A stretch of DNA of 64,000 nucleotides, taken from positions 3,648,001-3,712,000 of the forward strand of contig OZ251539.1 in NCBI GenBank assembly GCA_965243135.1, in the 5' to 3' direction. The position numbers and the translations under genes were made by a program. The notes below the pieces were generated by a model, which was given only the letters and a program-made list of their open reading frames with translations, made no database searches and was not told where the DNA came from. This document shows, piece by piece, positions 50,664-60,776 of this stretch; position 1 is the first letter of the stretch; each line of letters opens with the position of its first letter. Origin of the DNA: Alphaproteobacteria bacterium. GTDB taxonomy: Bacteria; Pseudomonadota; Alphaproteobacteria; MPNO01; UBA830.

Positions 50664-51713
50664 TTAACGGTCGCCGCGACTGCGGTCAGCGCCGCTCCCC
50701 GACACGCAGGACAGCAACTCGTCGCCGGAGGCGCTGTCGATCAGATGGTCGCCGACCTCGTCGAGCCGGCGCGGGTCGTCGATGCTGGCCAGCAAGGCTT
50801 CGAGGCCCGCAGCCGTCCCGGCATCGAACTTCCGCGCCGCCTGACGCAACAACATCGCCCGTTGTCGCTCCAGGAACTCCCCGCGAACTTCCTCGCGGCC
50901 CTGCTCCAAGCCCTGCTCCAAGCCCTGCTCCAAGCCCAGCTGTCGACTCTCAAAGAGCGCCGTGTCCAAAAAAGATCCCATTTCCTTCAGATCTCCCTCT
51001 TTCGCCAACTCCCCGAACCGCGCTTTCACCTCGGGCGCCACGTCCTTGCTCTGCATCACCTCGTGCCGCAGCAACTCCTTGAACAGATCGGCAAGGCTCG
51101 CATCCGTCTCCGGGTCCACCGCCAGCGCTTGCAGATCTTCTCCGACCGTCGCCCAGTCGCGCTGCGCAAACCGGGCCCGCAACGACAACAGGTTCCGCCT
51201 CGGCAGATCCTCGACATTCAACCGGTGAATGTCAATCAGAAAAAAACGCTGCCGCGGCTGATACGCTTCCAGAAAGCCGCCTGGCGGCGCCACCAGCAAT
51301 TCCGTCGCCGCAGTCCAGGGCGGGCGGCCAGTGTAGATCACTATCGGCAGCACCGGCGGCAATGGGGCACCCTTCGGCAACTCTTTGTTCCGACGGAGCT
51401 TCCGATGCAACTGCCCGACATACGCATGCATCCGCGACGCCATGTCGCTGTCCACAGTGGACTGGAACTCCAGCACCAGAAGCAGGTAGAGCCATCCCTG
51501 CGCTCCGGCGAGGCGGAAACGGACGCGCCAGACCGCATCGCCGAAACTCTGGTCCAGACCGTCGTCGACATACTGGGTCGACAGCTGTTGCATCTCCCCG
51601 AAATCGCAGGCTTCGACCACCTCCGTCGGCATGAGGCCGCGCAGCACGTCCACGACCGCGCCGGGGATATCGAACAACTTCTTCATCCAGGCGTCTTCGA
51701 AATTTGCGAACAT
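50664..51713 (-). CDS. Rpn/YhgA-family PD-(D/E)XK nuclease
   Basis: GDAVWRV, LVLEFQSTVD..MA.RM..Y, LPPVLPIVIYTG, GLEQ repeats, RQAARKF tail. Confidence 0.9.
   Translation of the reverse strand: MFANFEDAWMKKLFDIPGAVVDVLRGLMPTEVVEACDFGEMQQLSTQYVDDGLDQSFGDAVWRVRFRLAGAQGWLYLLLVLEFQSTVDSDMASRMHAYVGQLHRKLRRNKELPKGAPLPPVLPIVIYTGRPPWTAATELLVAPPGGFLEAYQPRQRFFLIDIHRLNVEDLPRRNLLSLRARFAQRDWATVGEDLQALAVDPETDASLADLFKELLRHEVMQSKDVAPEVKARFGELAKEGDLKEMGSFLDTALFESRQLGLEQGLEQGLEQGREEVRGEFLERQRAMLLRQAARKFDAGTAAGLEALLASIDDPRRLDEVGDHLIDSASGDELLSCVSGSGADRSRGDR
50899..50934. repeat. 12-bp tandem repeat (CCCTGCTCCAAG)x3 encoding LEQG repeats in Rpn
   Basis: Directly visible. Confidence 0.9.
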
Positions 51714-52608
51714 CCCGGTTTCCAGTCGTGCGAAGCAAAATGAGCGCCACCATACCACGGCCGCCCGTTCGATGGTCGTTCCAGTCCTCCCGCAGCCGAT
51801 CAAAGCGTTTCCAGCTCTCCTGCCAGGCGAGAACTGACGTTTCGTCGCGGTAGCGGAACGCAGATCAGACGTTCTATGGTGATAGCTGAGAACCTCGTGT
51901 GATTTAACGTTGCTTCCCCGCGGAACCGGCGTTTGCCATGACGGCGAGGTTCTCGATCCTTTCGGAAACGTGACCGTAGAAGCGCTGTCCATCCGCCGTC
52001 TCCCCTGCGGTCATGCGAACCCGCCGGAGTTCGCCGATCGACCGCCCCGGCGAAGCGGTGGTGCGTTCGGACGTCCCTGTCTCCTTTGAGGGGCCGCTCG
52101 CATTCGTAGCGGATACAGGTTCGAAGCGGGTCGGAAGCGCCGGCACGGTCTTGAGGTTTCGCCTGCCTTCCGCCCCCGACGCCAACCAGACCGCCTTGCG
52201 GCGCAGCTTCTTGAGACCTCGCCGACCAACGCCCTGCGCCTTCGTTCCTCAACGCTACCGGCTTTGGCGGCGACGGTTCGTTCAAGCGCATCCGCCTGCT
52301 TCCGAACGGAGGCCTCGGCGCGGGCTTCGGAAATGCCGAAGTTGCGGCGACTCGAATGTGGAGCTTTGGCGCCTGCAAAGGGCGGCGCTTTTTTCGCCTT
52401 CGGTTCCCGACGCGACGGGTTGCGCTCCCGGTCGGCTGCGAAACTCCCCGGAAGCCGACGCGACGCCGCTTTCCGGGCGCCCGTACTTTGTTCTCGGCGA
52501 GGGCGCGCCGCTCGTCGGCGGGGCGCGCGGCAGCCGACGGGAACGGCGACACGGTCTCGCGGTTTTCGCGCCGGGCCGCCTCTCGCGCCTCGCAGGCTGG
52601 ACGCCGGC

Positions 52609-53628
52609 TCATCCGGCGCGGGCGGCGTCGAGCGGCCAGCGAGGCCGCGGCGCGAATTCGAGGCCGTCGACCAGTCCGAGCCGCAGGCGTTCGATGCCGG
52701 CCCAGGCGATCATCGCGCCGTTGTCGGTGCAGAGGTTCGCGGGCGGCGACACGAAACGCGCTCCGGCGGCCGAGCAGAACGCCGTCAGTCTTTCGCGCAG
52801 CGCCCCATTGGCCGCGACGCCCCCCGCCGCAACCAGCGTCCGCGCCGCGGACGGGCGCGCCCTGAAGGCGTTCGCGCAGCGATCGACCAGGACGTCTCCG
52901 ACCGCCGCCTGGAAGGACGCGCAGATGTCGGCGACGTCCCGCTCCGTGGGCGCAGGCAGGGCGGCGACTGCGTGACGCACGGCCGTCTTCAGCCCGGAAA
53001 AGGAAAAATCGCACCCGGCCCGGCCCTTCATGGGCCGCGGAAACGCGAACCGAGTCGCGTCGCCTTTCTTCGCTTCCCGCTCGACGGCGACGCCGCCCGG
53101 AAAGCCCAGTCCAAGGAGCCTCGCCGTCTTGTCGAACGCTTCTCCGACGGCGTCGTCCACCGTGCCGCCCAGCTGCGCGTACCTTCCCGGACCTTCGACC
53201 GACAGCAACTGGCAATGGCCGCCCGAGACCAGGAGGAGCAGGTAGGGAAAAGAGATATCGTGCGTGAGCCGCACGGTAAGCGCATGCCCTTCGAGATGGT
53301 TGACGGCCAGAAACGGCTTTTTCCATGCGGCCGCGATGGCCTTGGCCATCGTTACGCCGACGATCAGACCGCCGATCAGGCCCGGACCCCCGGAGACGGC
53401 GACGGCGTCGAGGTCTTCGGCGTCCGCCGCCGCGTCGGACAGCGCCTGCCGGACGACGCCGTCGAGCTTCTGCAGATGCGCCCGCGCGGCGATCTCGGGC
53501 ACGACTCCGGCATAGGGGCGGTGTTCTTCGCGTTGCGAATAGACCACGTTGGATCGCACGACGCGGCCGTCGTCGACGACCGCCGCCGCCGTTTCGTCGC
53601 AGCTGGTCTCCATTCCGAGAACGATCAT
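52609..53628 (-). CDS. tsaD: tRNA t6A threonylcarbamoyltransferase
   Basis: [50 protein letters not shown]. Confidence 0.97.
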   Translation of the reverse strand: MIVLGMETSCDETAAAVVDDGRVVRSNVVYSQREEHRPYAGVVPEIAARAHLQKLDGVVRQALSDAAADAEDLDAVAVSGGPGLIGGLIVGVTMAKAIAAAWKKPFLAVNHLEGHALTVRLTHDISFPYLLLLVSGGHCQLLSVEGPGRYAQLGGTVDDAVGEAFDKTARLLGLGFPGGVAVEREAKKGDATRFAFPRPMKGRAGCDFSFSGLKTAVRHAVAALPAPTERDVADICASFQAAVGDVLVDRCANAFRARPSAARTLVAAGGVAANGALRERLTAFCSAAGARFVSPPANLCTDNGAMIAWAGIERLRLGLVDGLEFAPRPRWPLDAARAG

Positions 53629-53740
53629 CGCTTCGCACCCCCGTTTCCGTGCATCATGGCGTTCCTCCGGGCAAAATCCACCCGTCGGCGGGCGCGGCGC
53701 AACTGTCGCGGCCTGACGCGGATTCCGGTAGTGTTCGCGC

Positions 53741-54652
53741 ATGTCTTCGCGCCCGCTCAGAATCGGCACACGCGGAAGTCCGCTCGCCCTGGCGCAGGCC
53801 GACGAGGTTCGCCGGGAACTGGCCGGGCTGGACCCCGCCGCGGAAGGCGAGATCGTGGCCATTCGGACCGCGGGCGACCGCCTCTTGGGAAACAGGCCGC
53901 CCGACGGCAAGGGCGCGTTCACGAAGGAGATCGAAATCGCGCTGCTCGTCGGCGAAATCGATGTCGCGGTCCACTCGATGAAAGATGTTCCCACCCGGTT
54001 GCCGGACGGCCTTCTAATTGACTGCTTCATGCCGCGAGCCGATCCGAGGGACGCGCTGATCGCGCCGCAGGCGCGCAGTCTCGCCGAACTGCCCGCCGGC
54101 GCGACGGTGGGGACGTCGTCGCTGCGGCGCAAGGCGTTGATTCTTCATCGCCGGCCGGATCTGGACGTCGTTCCCCTGCGCGGCAACGTGGACACCAGGC
54201 TGGGACGAGTGGCCAGCGGCGACATGGACGCGACCCTGCTCGCGGTCGCCGGTCTCGACCGTCTCGGCCGGACGGGAGTCGAAATGGCGCCGCTCGATCC
54301 CGCGGACATGTTGCCGGCGGTTTGCCAAGGGATCATCGGGGTCGAGCGCCGGGCGGACGACGAGCGAACCGCAGAGTTGATCGAGCGCCTCGACGACCAC
54401 GCCGCCGCCGCCGCCGCCGCCGCCGAACGGGCGTTGCTGGCCGGTCTCGACGGTTCGTGCCGGACGCCCGTCGCGGCACTAGCGCAGATCGACGGCGACA
54501 TGCTGTCGCTTCGGTCGGCGATCGTTCGCCCGGACGGAAGCGAACTGCTGGAAACCGCGCGCGAGGGCCCGTGCGCCGACGCCGCGCGACTCGGCGCCGA
54601 CGCCGCCGCCGAGTTGCGCAACCGGGCTACGCCGGGGTTTTTCGATGACTGA
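53741..54652 (+). CDS. hemC: Hydroxymethylbilane synthase
   Basis: [49 protein letters not shown]. Confidence 0.97.
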   Translation: MSSRPLRIGTRGSPLALAQADEVRRELAGLDPAAEGEIVAIRTAGDRLLGNRPPDGKGAFTKEIEIALLVGEIDVAVHSMKDVPTRLPDGLLIDCFMPRADPRDALIAPQARSLAELPAGATVGTSSLRRKALILHRRPDLDVVPLRGNVDTRLGRVASGDMDATLLAVAGLDRLGRTGVEMAPLDPADMLPAVCQGIIGVERRADDERTAELIERLDDHAAAAAAAAERALLAGLDGSCRTPVAALAQIDGDMLSLRSAIVRPDGSELLETAREGPCADAARLGADAAAELRNRATPGFFDD

Positions 54653-56408
54653 GCTTCGCCGGGCACTGATCACCCGGCCGCGCGAAGATTCGGCCGCCCT
54701 GGCGGAGGCCCTGAAGCGCCGCGGGATCGAACCGGTTTCCGCGCCGATGATGACGGTCGCCTACGTTCCGGCGGAGATCGAAGACGCGTTCGAAGCCTGT
54801 CAGGCCGTTCTGTTCACCAGCCGCAACGGAGTCCGGGCGCTCTGCCGACTGACGCAGCGGCGCGACAGAACGGCTTACGCGGTCGGCGACGGAACGGCCG
54901 ACGCGGCGCGGGAAAACGGCTTCGCATCCGTGCGAAGCGCCGGCGGCGACAGCCGGGACCTCGCCCGCCTGGTCGCCGACACGCTCAAACCGGAGAACGG
55001 TCCGCTGCTGCACGCCGCCGGCGCGACGGTGGCGGGCGATCTTTCCGGCGCGCTCGAGAAAGCCGGATTCCGAACGATCCGGCGCGCGACGTACGAGGCC
55101 GAACCCGTCGCGGAATTGCCGCCCGGCGCCCTGGCCGCGCTCAGGGACGGGGCAGTCGACTGCGTCCTGTTCTTCTCGCCGAGAACGGCGCGTATATTTC
55201 TCGATCTTGTCGCCGCGGCGGGGATCGGCTCGTCCCTCGACGGTCTCGTCGCCCTTTGCCTGTCGGACGCGGTCGCGAAAGAACTCGATCCCGCCGCGTG
55301 GCGGGAAATTCGCGTCGCCGCCGCGCCGACTTCCGAGGCCATGGTGAAAATGCTGGAATCGGATTCTACCGCCCGGCCCGCCGCGCCGGAAAGCGCCGTC
55401 GTTTCGCGGCGCGCGGCGTCGTGGCGGCGCGCCGCGGCGGCCGTCGGGATCGTCGCGGTCGTCGCGGCGGCGGGATACGCCGCATTCGTTTCCTGGCGGT
55501 TTTCCGGGGGGGAAGATTCCGCCCGAATCGCAAGCCAGATCCGCGAGAACGCCGCGAGGGCGGAGAAAGAGAGCGAGAAGCGGAACGCCGTTCTCGCGCG
55601 CCGCGTCGAGCAGGCGGAAACTGGACTGGCGGAGGCGGCGGGGCGGCTCGACGAGCTGGCGGCGCGTCTGGCGTCCGTCCCCGACCGCGCGGACGACGAA
55701 GCGGCCGAGCGCGCGGCGCTCGCCGAAAAAGTCGCGCGTCTCGAAGAAGCGATAACGGAATTGCGGAACTCGGAAGCCGAGGCGCGGACGAAGGAGCTTC
55801 GGCGCGCGGACGAGACGGACCGCCTCTCGTCGTCTCTCGCGGCGCTGGTCGCGCGCGTCGGAGAACTCGAACGCCTCGCGAAGGAACGGCAGTCGGCCGG
55901 CGGCGCGCTGGCGCTGGCCGCCGGCCAGCTGCGCAACGCGATGTCCCGTTCCGCGCCCTACGCGGCGGAGCTCGCCGTTCTCGAACGCCTCGCCGCCGGA
56001 GATCGACGGGTCGCGACGGCGCTCGCACCGCTCGCGGCCGGCGCGGAAGCCGGGATTCCGTCCCGCGCGGTTCTGTTCGCGAAGCTGCCGGCCGCGGTGG
56101 CCGCCGCCGCGGCGAACCGGCCCGAGGCGCAGGGCGGATGGGTCGACCGCATCTCGCGCTGGCTGCGCGGCCTCGTCAAAGCGCGCCGAATCGACGGCAA
56201 GGGGGACGGCGACGACGCGCGGCTGGCCCGCGCCGAATTTGCGGCCGGGCGCGGCGATCTTACCGATGCCGCGCAGGAACTTTCCGGTCTTCGCGGGGCA
56301 AGCGCGCAAGCGGCGGCTCCCTGGCTCGCCGCGGCGCGGTCGCGGCTCGAGGCCGAAAAAGCCTTAGCCGAACTCGACCGGATCGTTCTCGAAGAGCTTC
56401 CGCGATGA
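54645..56408 (+). CDS. hemD: Uroporphyrinogen-III synthase fused to a TM + coiled-coil COG4223/mitofilin-like domain
   Basis: LITRP, FTSRNGV, AVGDGTA, FFSPRTA, then a TM helix, coiled coil and LARAE...GDL..A...WL..AR tail. Confidence 0.85.
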   Translation: MTELRRALITRPREDSAALAEALKRRGIEPVSAPMMTVAYVPAEIEDAFEACQAVLFTSRNGVRALCRLTQRRDRTAYAVGDGTADAARENGFASVRSAGGDSRDLARLVADTLKPENGPLLHAAGATVAGDLSGALEKAGFRTIRRATYEAEPVAELPPGALAALRDGAVDCVLFFSPRTARIFLDLVAAAGIGSSLDGLVALCLSDAVAKELDPAAWREIRVAAAPTSEAMVKMLESDSTARPAAPESAVVSRRAASWRRAAAAVGIVAVVAAAGYAAFVSWRFSGGEDSARIASQIRENAARAEKESEKRNAVLARRVEQAETGLAEAAGRLDELAARLASVPDRADDEAAERAALAEKVARLEEAITELRNSEAEARTKELRRADETDRLSSSLAALVARVGELERLAKERQSAGGALALAAGQLRNAMSRSAPYAAELAVLERLAAGDRRVATALAPLAAGAEAGIPSRAVLFAKLPAAVAAAAANRPEAQGGWVDRISRWLRGLVKARRIDGKGDGDDARLARAEFAAGRGDLTDAAQELSGLRGASAQAAAPWLAAARSRLEAEKALAELDRIVLEELPR

Positions 56409-57781
56409 TCCGGTCGACGATCAAGTTTCTCGTCGCGCTCGCCGCGGTGGCCGCCGCCGCGGCATGGCTCGGCGAACGTCCGGGAGACGTTTCCATCCGG
56501 TGGCAGGGCTGGCTGATCGAGATGTCGGTCGGCCGGTTCGCCCTGGCTTTCGTCGCGGCGGTCGGCGCCGCCCTGCTTGTCGCGAGCGTCGTTCGCGCCG
56601 TCGGAGGCGCGCCCGGGCGGTATCGGGCGGGACGCCGCGCGGCCCGCCGGGAACGCGGTTACCGAGCGCTGACCCATGGCATGGTCGCCGTCGCCGCCGG
56701 CGACCCGCGCGAGGCTCTCCGGCAGGCGCGCCGCGCCGACGTGCTCCTCAACGAGCCGCCGCTCACCCTGCTCCTGTCCGCTCAGGCCGCGCAACTCAAC
56801 GGCGAGGAGACTGCGGCAAGGCGATATTTCACCGGCATGCTGGAGCGTCCCGAGACTGCGTTTCTCGGGCTCAGGGGGCTTCTCGTGCAGGCGCAACGCG
56901 ACGGCGACCGGCGCGCCGCGCTCGATTACGCCGACCGGGCATACCGGTTGCGGCCGGCGACTCCCTGGGTCGTCGCGACGCTGCTCGACCTTCAGGTCCG
57001 GGACGGACGTTGGCGCGCCGCGCTGGAAACCCTCGAGAGGGCGTCGAAAAGAAAGGTGCTGCCCGCCGAGGAATGGCGCGAGCGCCATGCGGCCGTGCTG
57101 ATGGGCTGCAGCGACGATGCGGGCGACAACGCCGGAGAAGCCATGCGTTTCGCGCGCCGCGCCCGCGCCCTGGCGCCGGACTTCCTGCCTGCATCGTTGC
57201 GGATCGCGGACATCCTCGCGCGGGCGAACAAAAAGCGACGCGCCGAGCGCATGATCCGCGAAGCGTGGCGGCGCACGCCGCATCCGGAACTCGCCAGGGT
57301 CTACGGAGAGATCGGCGGCGGCGACGCCCTGAGCCTCGTGCGCAGATGCGAGAACCTGCTTTCGTTCAACCCCCGGCACGAGGAAAGCCACGTTCAGCTG
57401 GCGCAGGCGGCGCTCGCCGCCGGCCTGTGGGGAAAGGCGCGGGCGCATCTCGGGAATGCGGCGGCGGACGAACCTTCGATGCGGATATGCCGCCTGATGG
57501 CGGAACTCGAGGAACGCGAGAGCGGCGACGTCGGAAAAGCGCGAGATTGGCTGTTGCGAGCGTCGACGGCTCCGCCCGATCCCGCATGGGTGTGCAACGA
57601 TTGCGGCAGCGCTCGGGAGAATTGGCGTCCTTTATGCGGAGCGTGCGGCGCGCTGGGCGAACTTGTCTGGCGCGCTCCGACGCACGGCCGAGAAGACGAC
57701 GACAGCGAACTGGTTCTGGCCGAAATCGCGCAGGACGACCGGAATGCCGGGCGCGACGAGTCCGTCCGGGACTCCGCGTAG
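56405..57781 (+). CDS. hemY: HemY N-terminal/TPR domain protein
   Basis: PG.V.I.WQGW.IE, GMVAVAAGD, LLLSAQAAQL.G, FLGLRGL, PDPAWVC..C. Confidence 0.9.
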   Translation: MIRSTIKFLVALAAVAAAAAWLGERPGDVSIRWQGWLIEMSVGRFALAFVAAVGAALLVASVVRAVGGAPGRYRAGRRAARRERGYRALTHGMVAVAAGDPREALRQARRADVLLNEPPLTLLLSAQAAQLNGEETAARRYFTGMLERPETAFLGLRGLLVQAQRDGDRRAALDYADRAYRLRPATPWVVATLLDLQVRDGRWRAALETLERASKRKVLPAEEWRERHAAVLMGCSDDAGDNAGEAMRFARRARALAPDFLPASLRIADILARANKKRRAERMIREAWRRTPHPELARVYGEIGGGDALSLVRRCENLLSFNPRHEESHVQLAQAALAAGLWGKARAHLGNAAADEPSMRICRLMAELEERESGDVGKARDWLLRASTAPPDPAWVCNDCGSARENWRPLCGACGALGELVWRAPTHGREDDDSELVLAEIAQDDRNAGRDESVRDSA

Positions 57782-58125
57782 GAGCCAAGGCGCGCGGCCC
57801 ACCACGGAGACGCGCGCCTCACGCGCCGTTCGTCATCTCTCGAAATGCGCGCCGCCTTCATGGGACGGGAAATTTCCCCGCTTCGGACAACCGCGGATTT
57901 TCCGGCGGGGACCACGGTTTCCGGAGACGCCCCCGTCCAGACGCCGCCCCTACGGCAAACGGCCGCGCCGGGCAACATTCCGGCGAAAGCGGGGCATCAC
58001 GTGCGATCGGGAATACGTCGACGCTGAACCGGGGAGGAGACCCATGTTGCGACGAATCGTCCGCCTGCAACCGCGCCTCCAGCCCGTCGCTTCGTCAAGA
58101 ATCGCCGCGGCGCAGCGCAACCGCC

Positions 58126-58154
58126 TTGACGGCTCCGGTGCGGTCACCTACTCT
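58126..58154 (+). promoter_or_regulatory. sigma70-type leaderless promoter of AAA copy 4
   Basis: TTGACG-N17-TACTCT-N6-ATG. Confidence 0.75.
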
Positions 58155-58160
58155 CCTCGG

Positions 58161-59702
58161 ATGATGAGACGCATGCTTCCGACCGGCATGACCTCCCTCC
58201 GGGAGATCCGGGAGCTGGACTGCTACTACGTCGACAAGACAGACCATGTGCGCCGCCTCGTCGAGAGAGGCAAATTCTATTTCCTGTCGCGTCCGCGCCG
58301 GTTCGGCAAGAGCCTTCTGGTGGACACGATGCAAGAGTTGTTCGAGGGAAGCGAGGAGCTCTTCCGGGGGCTGGACATCCATGGACGATGGGACTGGTCA
58401 ACCCGCCATCCAGTGCTGCGGATCGACTTTAGCGGGCGGACCTTCACCGAACCCGGCCACTTGGAGAGAAACCTCGCGGCTCAGTTAGGCGCCGCCGAAC
58501 GGCGGGCGGGAATCGAGGCGCTGCACCCGGACGCCCCGGAGCGCTTTGCGCATCTGATCTCGGCCCTGCACGAGCGCACCGGGCAGCGGACGGTCGTTCT
58601 GGTGGACGAATACGACAAGCCGATTCTCGATGCGCTCGGCAAGCCGGAACTGGCGCACGCCAACCGCGATTTCCTGCGCGGACTTTATTCGGCCATCAAG
58701 TTCAGCGACAGGCAGCTCCGTTTCGTTTTTCTTACGGGGGTGAGCAAGTTCTCGAAGGCGGGTATTTTCTCGGGCCTGAACAACCTGCGCGACATCACGC
58801 TGGCGCCGGAGTTGTCGGACATTTGCGGCTACACGGACGCGGAGCTGGACGCGGTCTTCGCCCAAGAACTCGATGGCCTGGACCGGGACGAAATCCGCCG
58901 CTGGTACAACGGCTATAACTGGCGCGGCGCTGAGAAGGTCTACAACCCGTTCGATATTCTCCTGCTCTTCGAAACGCGCGAATTCAAGGCGCACTGGTTC
59001 GAGACCGGGACGCCGCGCTTTCTCGTCGATCTTCTGTCGCGGCGCCGGGTCGCGCCTCCGGCCCTGGAGAGCATGGTCGCGGACGATTCGCTGCTGTCGG
59101 CCTTCGACGTCGACGACATCTCGATCGAAGCGCTTTTGTTTCAGACCGGCTATCTGACCATCGTCGGGGAAGAAGCCGTCGGCGTCCGGAGCCTGTACCG
59201 GCTGGACTATCCGAACTACGAAGTGAAGTTCAGCCTGAACGGGCGGCTGCTGCGCGCGATGTCGCCGGCAACGGGAGGGGAGGCGATGCGGCAGGCGGAA
59301 CTTGCAAGGCTGACGGCGGAGGACGATCCGGAAAAGGTGAGGACGCTGTTCGAGGCGTTCTTCGCGAGCGTTCCTCACGACTGGCACCGGAAGAACGAGC
59401 TCTACGAGGGCTATTGGGCGGCCCTCGTCTACTCGCACTTCGCGGCGGCGGGGCTGGACGTTCGGGTCGAGGAAGCGACCGCCCGCGGGCGCCTGGACAT
59501 GGCTGTGCTTAGTCCGGGATGCGTGCATCTGTACGAGTTCAAGGTCGTGGGTCCGGGGCAGGAGGGCCAAGCGCTGGCGCAGATGCGGGAGCGCGGCTAC
59601 GCGGACAAGTACCGGCATCTCGGGGTGCCGATCCGGTTGATCGGCATGGAGTTCGGCCGGGAGGAGCGCAACATCGTCGGGTTCGAGTTCGAAACCGCCT
59701 GA
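58161..59702 (+). CDS. AAA-ATPase-like + PD-(D/E)XK nuclease, copy 4
   Basis: LSRPRRFGKS, VDEYDKP, GRLDMAV..LYEFK..RGYADKY; intact. Confidence 0.9.
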   Translation: MMRRMLPTGMTSLREIRELDCYYVDKTDHVRRLVERGKFYFLSRPRRFGKSLLVDTMQELFEGSEELFRGLDIHGRWDWSTRHPVLRIDFSGRTFTEPGHLERNLAAQLGAAERRAGIEALHPDAPERFAHLISALHERTGQRTVVLVDEYDKPILDALGKPELAHANRDFLRGLYSAIKFSDRQLRFVFLTGVSKFSKAGIFSGLNNLRDITLAPELSDICGYTDAELDAVFAQELDGLDRDEIRRWYNGYNWRGAEKVYNPFDILLLFETREFKAHWFETGTPRFLVDLLSRRRVAPPALESMVADDSLLSAFDVDDISIEALLFQTGYLTIVGEEAVGVRSLYRLDYPNYEVKFSLNGRLLRAMSPATGGEAMRQAELARLTAEDDPEKVRTLFEAFFASVPHDWHRKNELYEGYWAALVYSHFAAAGLDVRVEEATARGRLDMAVLSPGCVHLYEFKVVGPGQEGQALAQMRERGYADKYRHLGVPIRLIGMEFGREERNIVGFEFETA

Positions 59703-59872
59703 TGCCGTGATCCGCAGGCGGACCAGTTGTCGGCGGCCGCCTCCGCCAAATGCCGCGAGCAGACCGGGTTTCGGATCCGGTTGGCGTGCGCCCGCCGAGA
59801 GCGTCCAGAGCGGGACGCCGAGCGGACGGCAGTCCGAAAAAAACGGCGCAGCGCAAACGCCGCAGCCTCCGC

Positions 59873-59901
59873 TTGCCGGCAACGATTATCGGTGCTATTC
59901 T
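59873..59901 (+). promoter_or_regulatory. Probable tRNA-Thr promoter
   Basis: TTGCCG-N17-TATTCT ending 11 nt upstream of the tRNA. Confidence 0.6.
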
Positions 59902-59912
59902 TGCGCTATGTT

Positions 59913-59988
59913 GCCGATGTAGCTCAGCTGGTAGAGCAACGCATTCGTAATGCGTGGGTCGGGGGTTCGAGTCCCTCCATCGGCACCA
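59913..59988 (+). tRNA. tRNA-Thr(CGT)
   Basis: 76 nt; GCCGATG/CATCGGC acceptor stem, D-arm GCTC..GAGC, anticodon loop TTCGTAA, GGTTCGAGTCC T-arm, encoded CCA. Confidence 0.97.
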
Positions 59989-60141
59989 TAAGCAATGCGG
60001 AAAACTCAGGAACAAATATTGCCGACCGAGATTCCCTCGGAGGCGTGTCGGCTTGCCCCGATTCGTTGTCGACGCCATGCGCGGGAAGATCGTCTCGACG
60101 TTCATGTGCGCCGTCAAATCGTTCGATGAAGGATATTCCGA

Positions 60142-60480
60142 ATGCCGGGAGTTACGAAGCCTTGGGACCGTCCAGAGCTCAACCATGGCAAACTCACCCA
60201 TGATTTCGAGGAGATCGCCGCCGACGTTCAGTCTCGCGGCCTGCCAAAGCCGGGCAGCAGCGCCAACCGGCAGCTCACGATCCAGAATACGTTCAAACCG
60301 GACATACCGTGGTCGGTGCGTGTCGGAAGGTACCTGAACAGACGAAATTACCCGATGGGCGAGCCTTGGTACATCGAGTGGATAACGCCGGGCTCCGCAC
60401 CGATAAACGAGCGGACGACAAGATGCACTTTCTCCACTCGGAACGACGTAATCGACTGGCTTCAAAAGAACGGGTTCTGA
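60142..60480 (+). CDS. Hypothetical protein
   Basis: 112-aa ORF with ordinary protein-like composition and an AAGGA upstream; no family recognised. Confidence 0.4.
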   Translation: MPGVTKPWDRPELNHGKLTHDFEEIAADVQSRGLPKPGSSANRQLTIQNTFKPDIPWSVRVGRYLNRRNYPMGEPWYIEWITPGSAPINERTTRCTFSTRNDVIDWLQKNGF

Positions 60481-60776
60481 CCTGAATTTCCGATCAGCCT
60501 CAGCGTATTTTTCGCGTAAAATTCCTCTGCCTTCGTCGCGGAACGAGGTTCTCGCGCGGCATGGCGGCGCCGCTCTCGTCACGTTATCGAAACTTGGCCT
60601 TGGCGACGAGGATGACGACAAGCTGACGAAATACGGATAAATCCGACCGGGAATCGATTCGATTGACGAAAAAATCACTTCCATTCATTGCTGGTGACGG
60701 CACTGACGCCTCGGCATCAGTCGCGTACTGCAGCGTCTTTTTCTAATGTCCCCTCCCAGACGACGATCCTGCCTTC

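Noticed and set aside
50423-51202. Diversity-generating retroelement TR/VR pair
   Set aside because: Differences are not adenine-specific on the coding strand and include a deletion; no reverse transcriptase seen.
54401-54424. (GCC)8 tract in hemC as a phase-variation switch
   Set aside because: In-frame poly-Ala; slippage would not change the frame.
57663-58160. N-terminal extensions of the AAA copies (also 23361-23552 and 25406-25717)
   Set aside because: Protein similarity among paralogs begins at the Met after the shared promoter; upstream frames are incidental.
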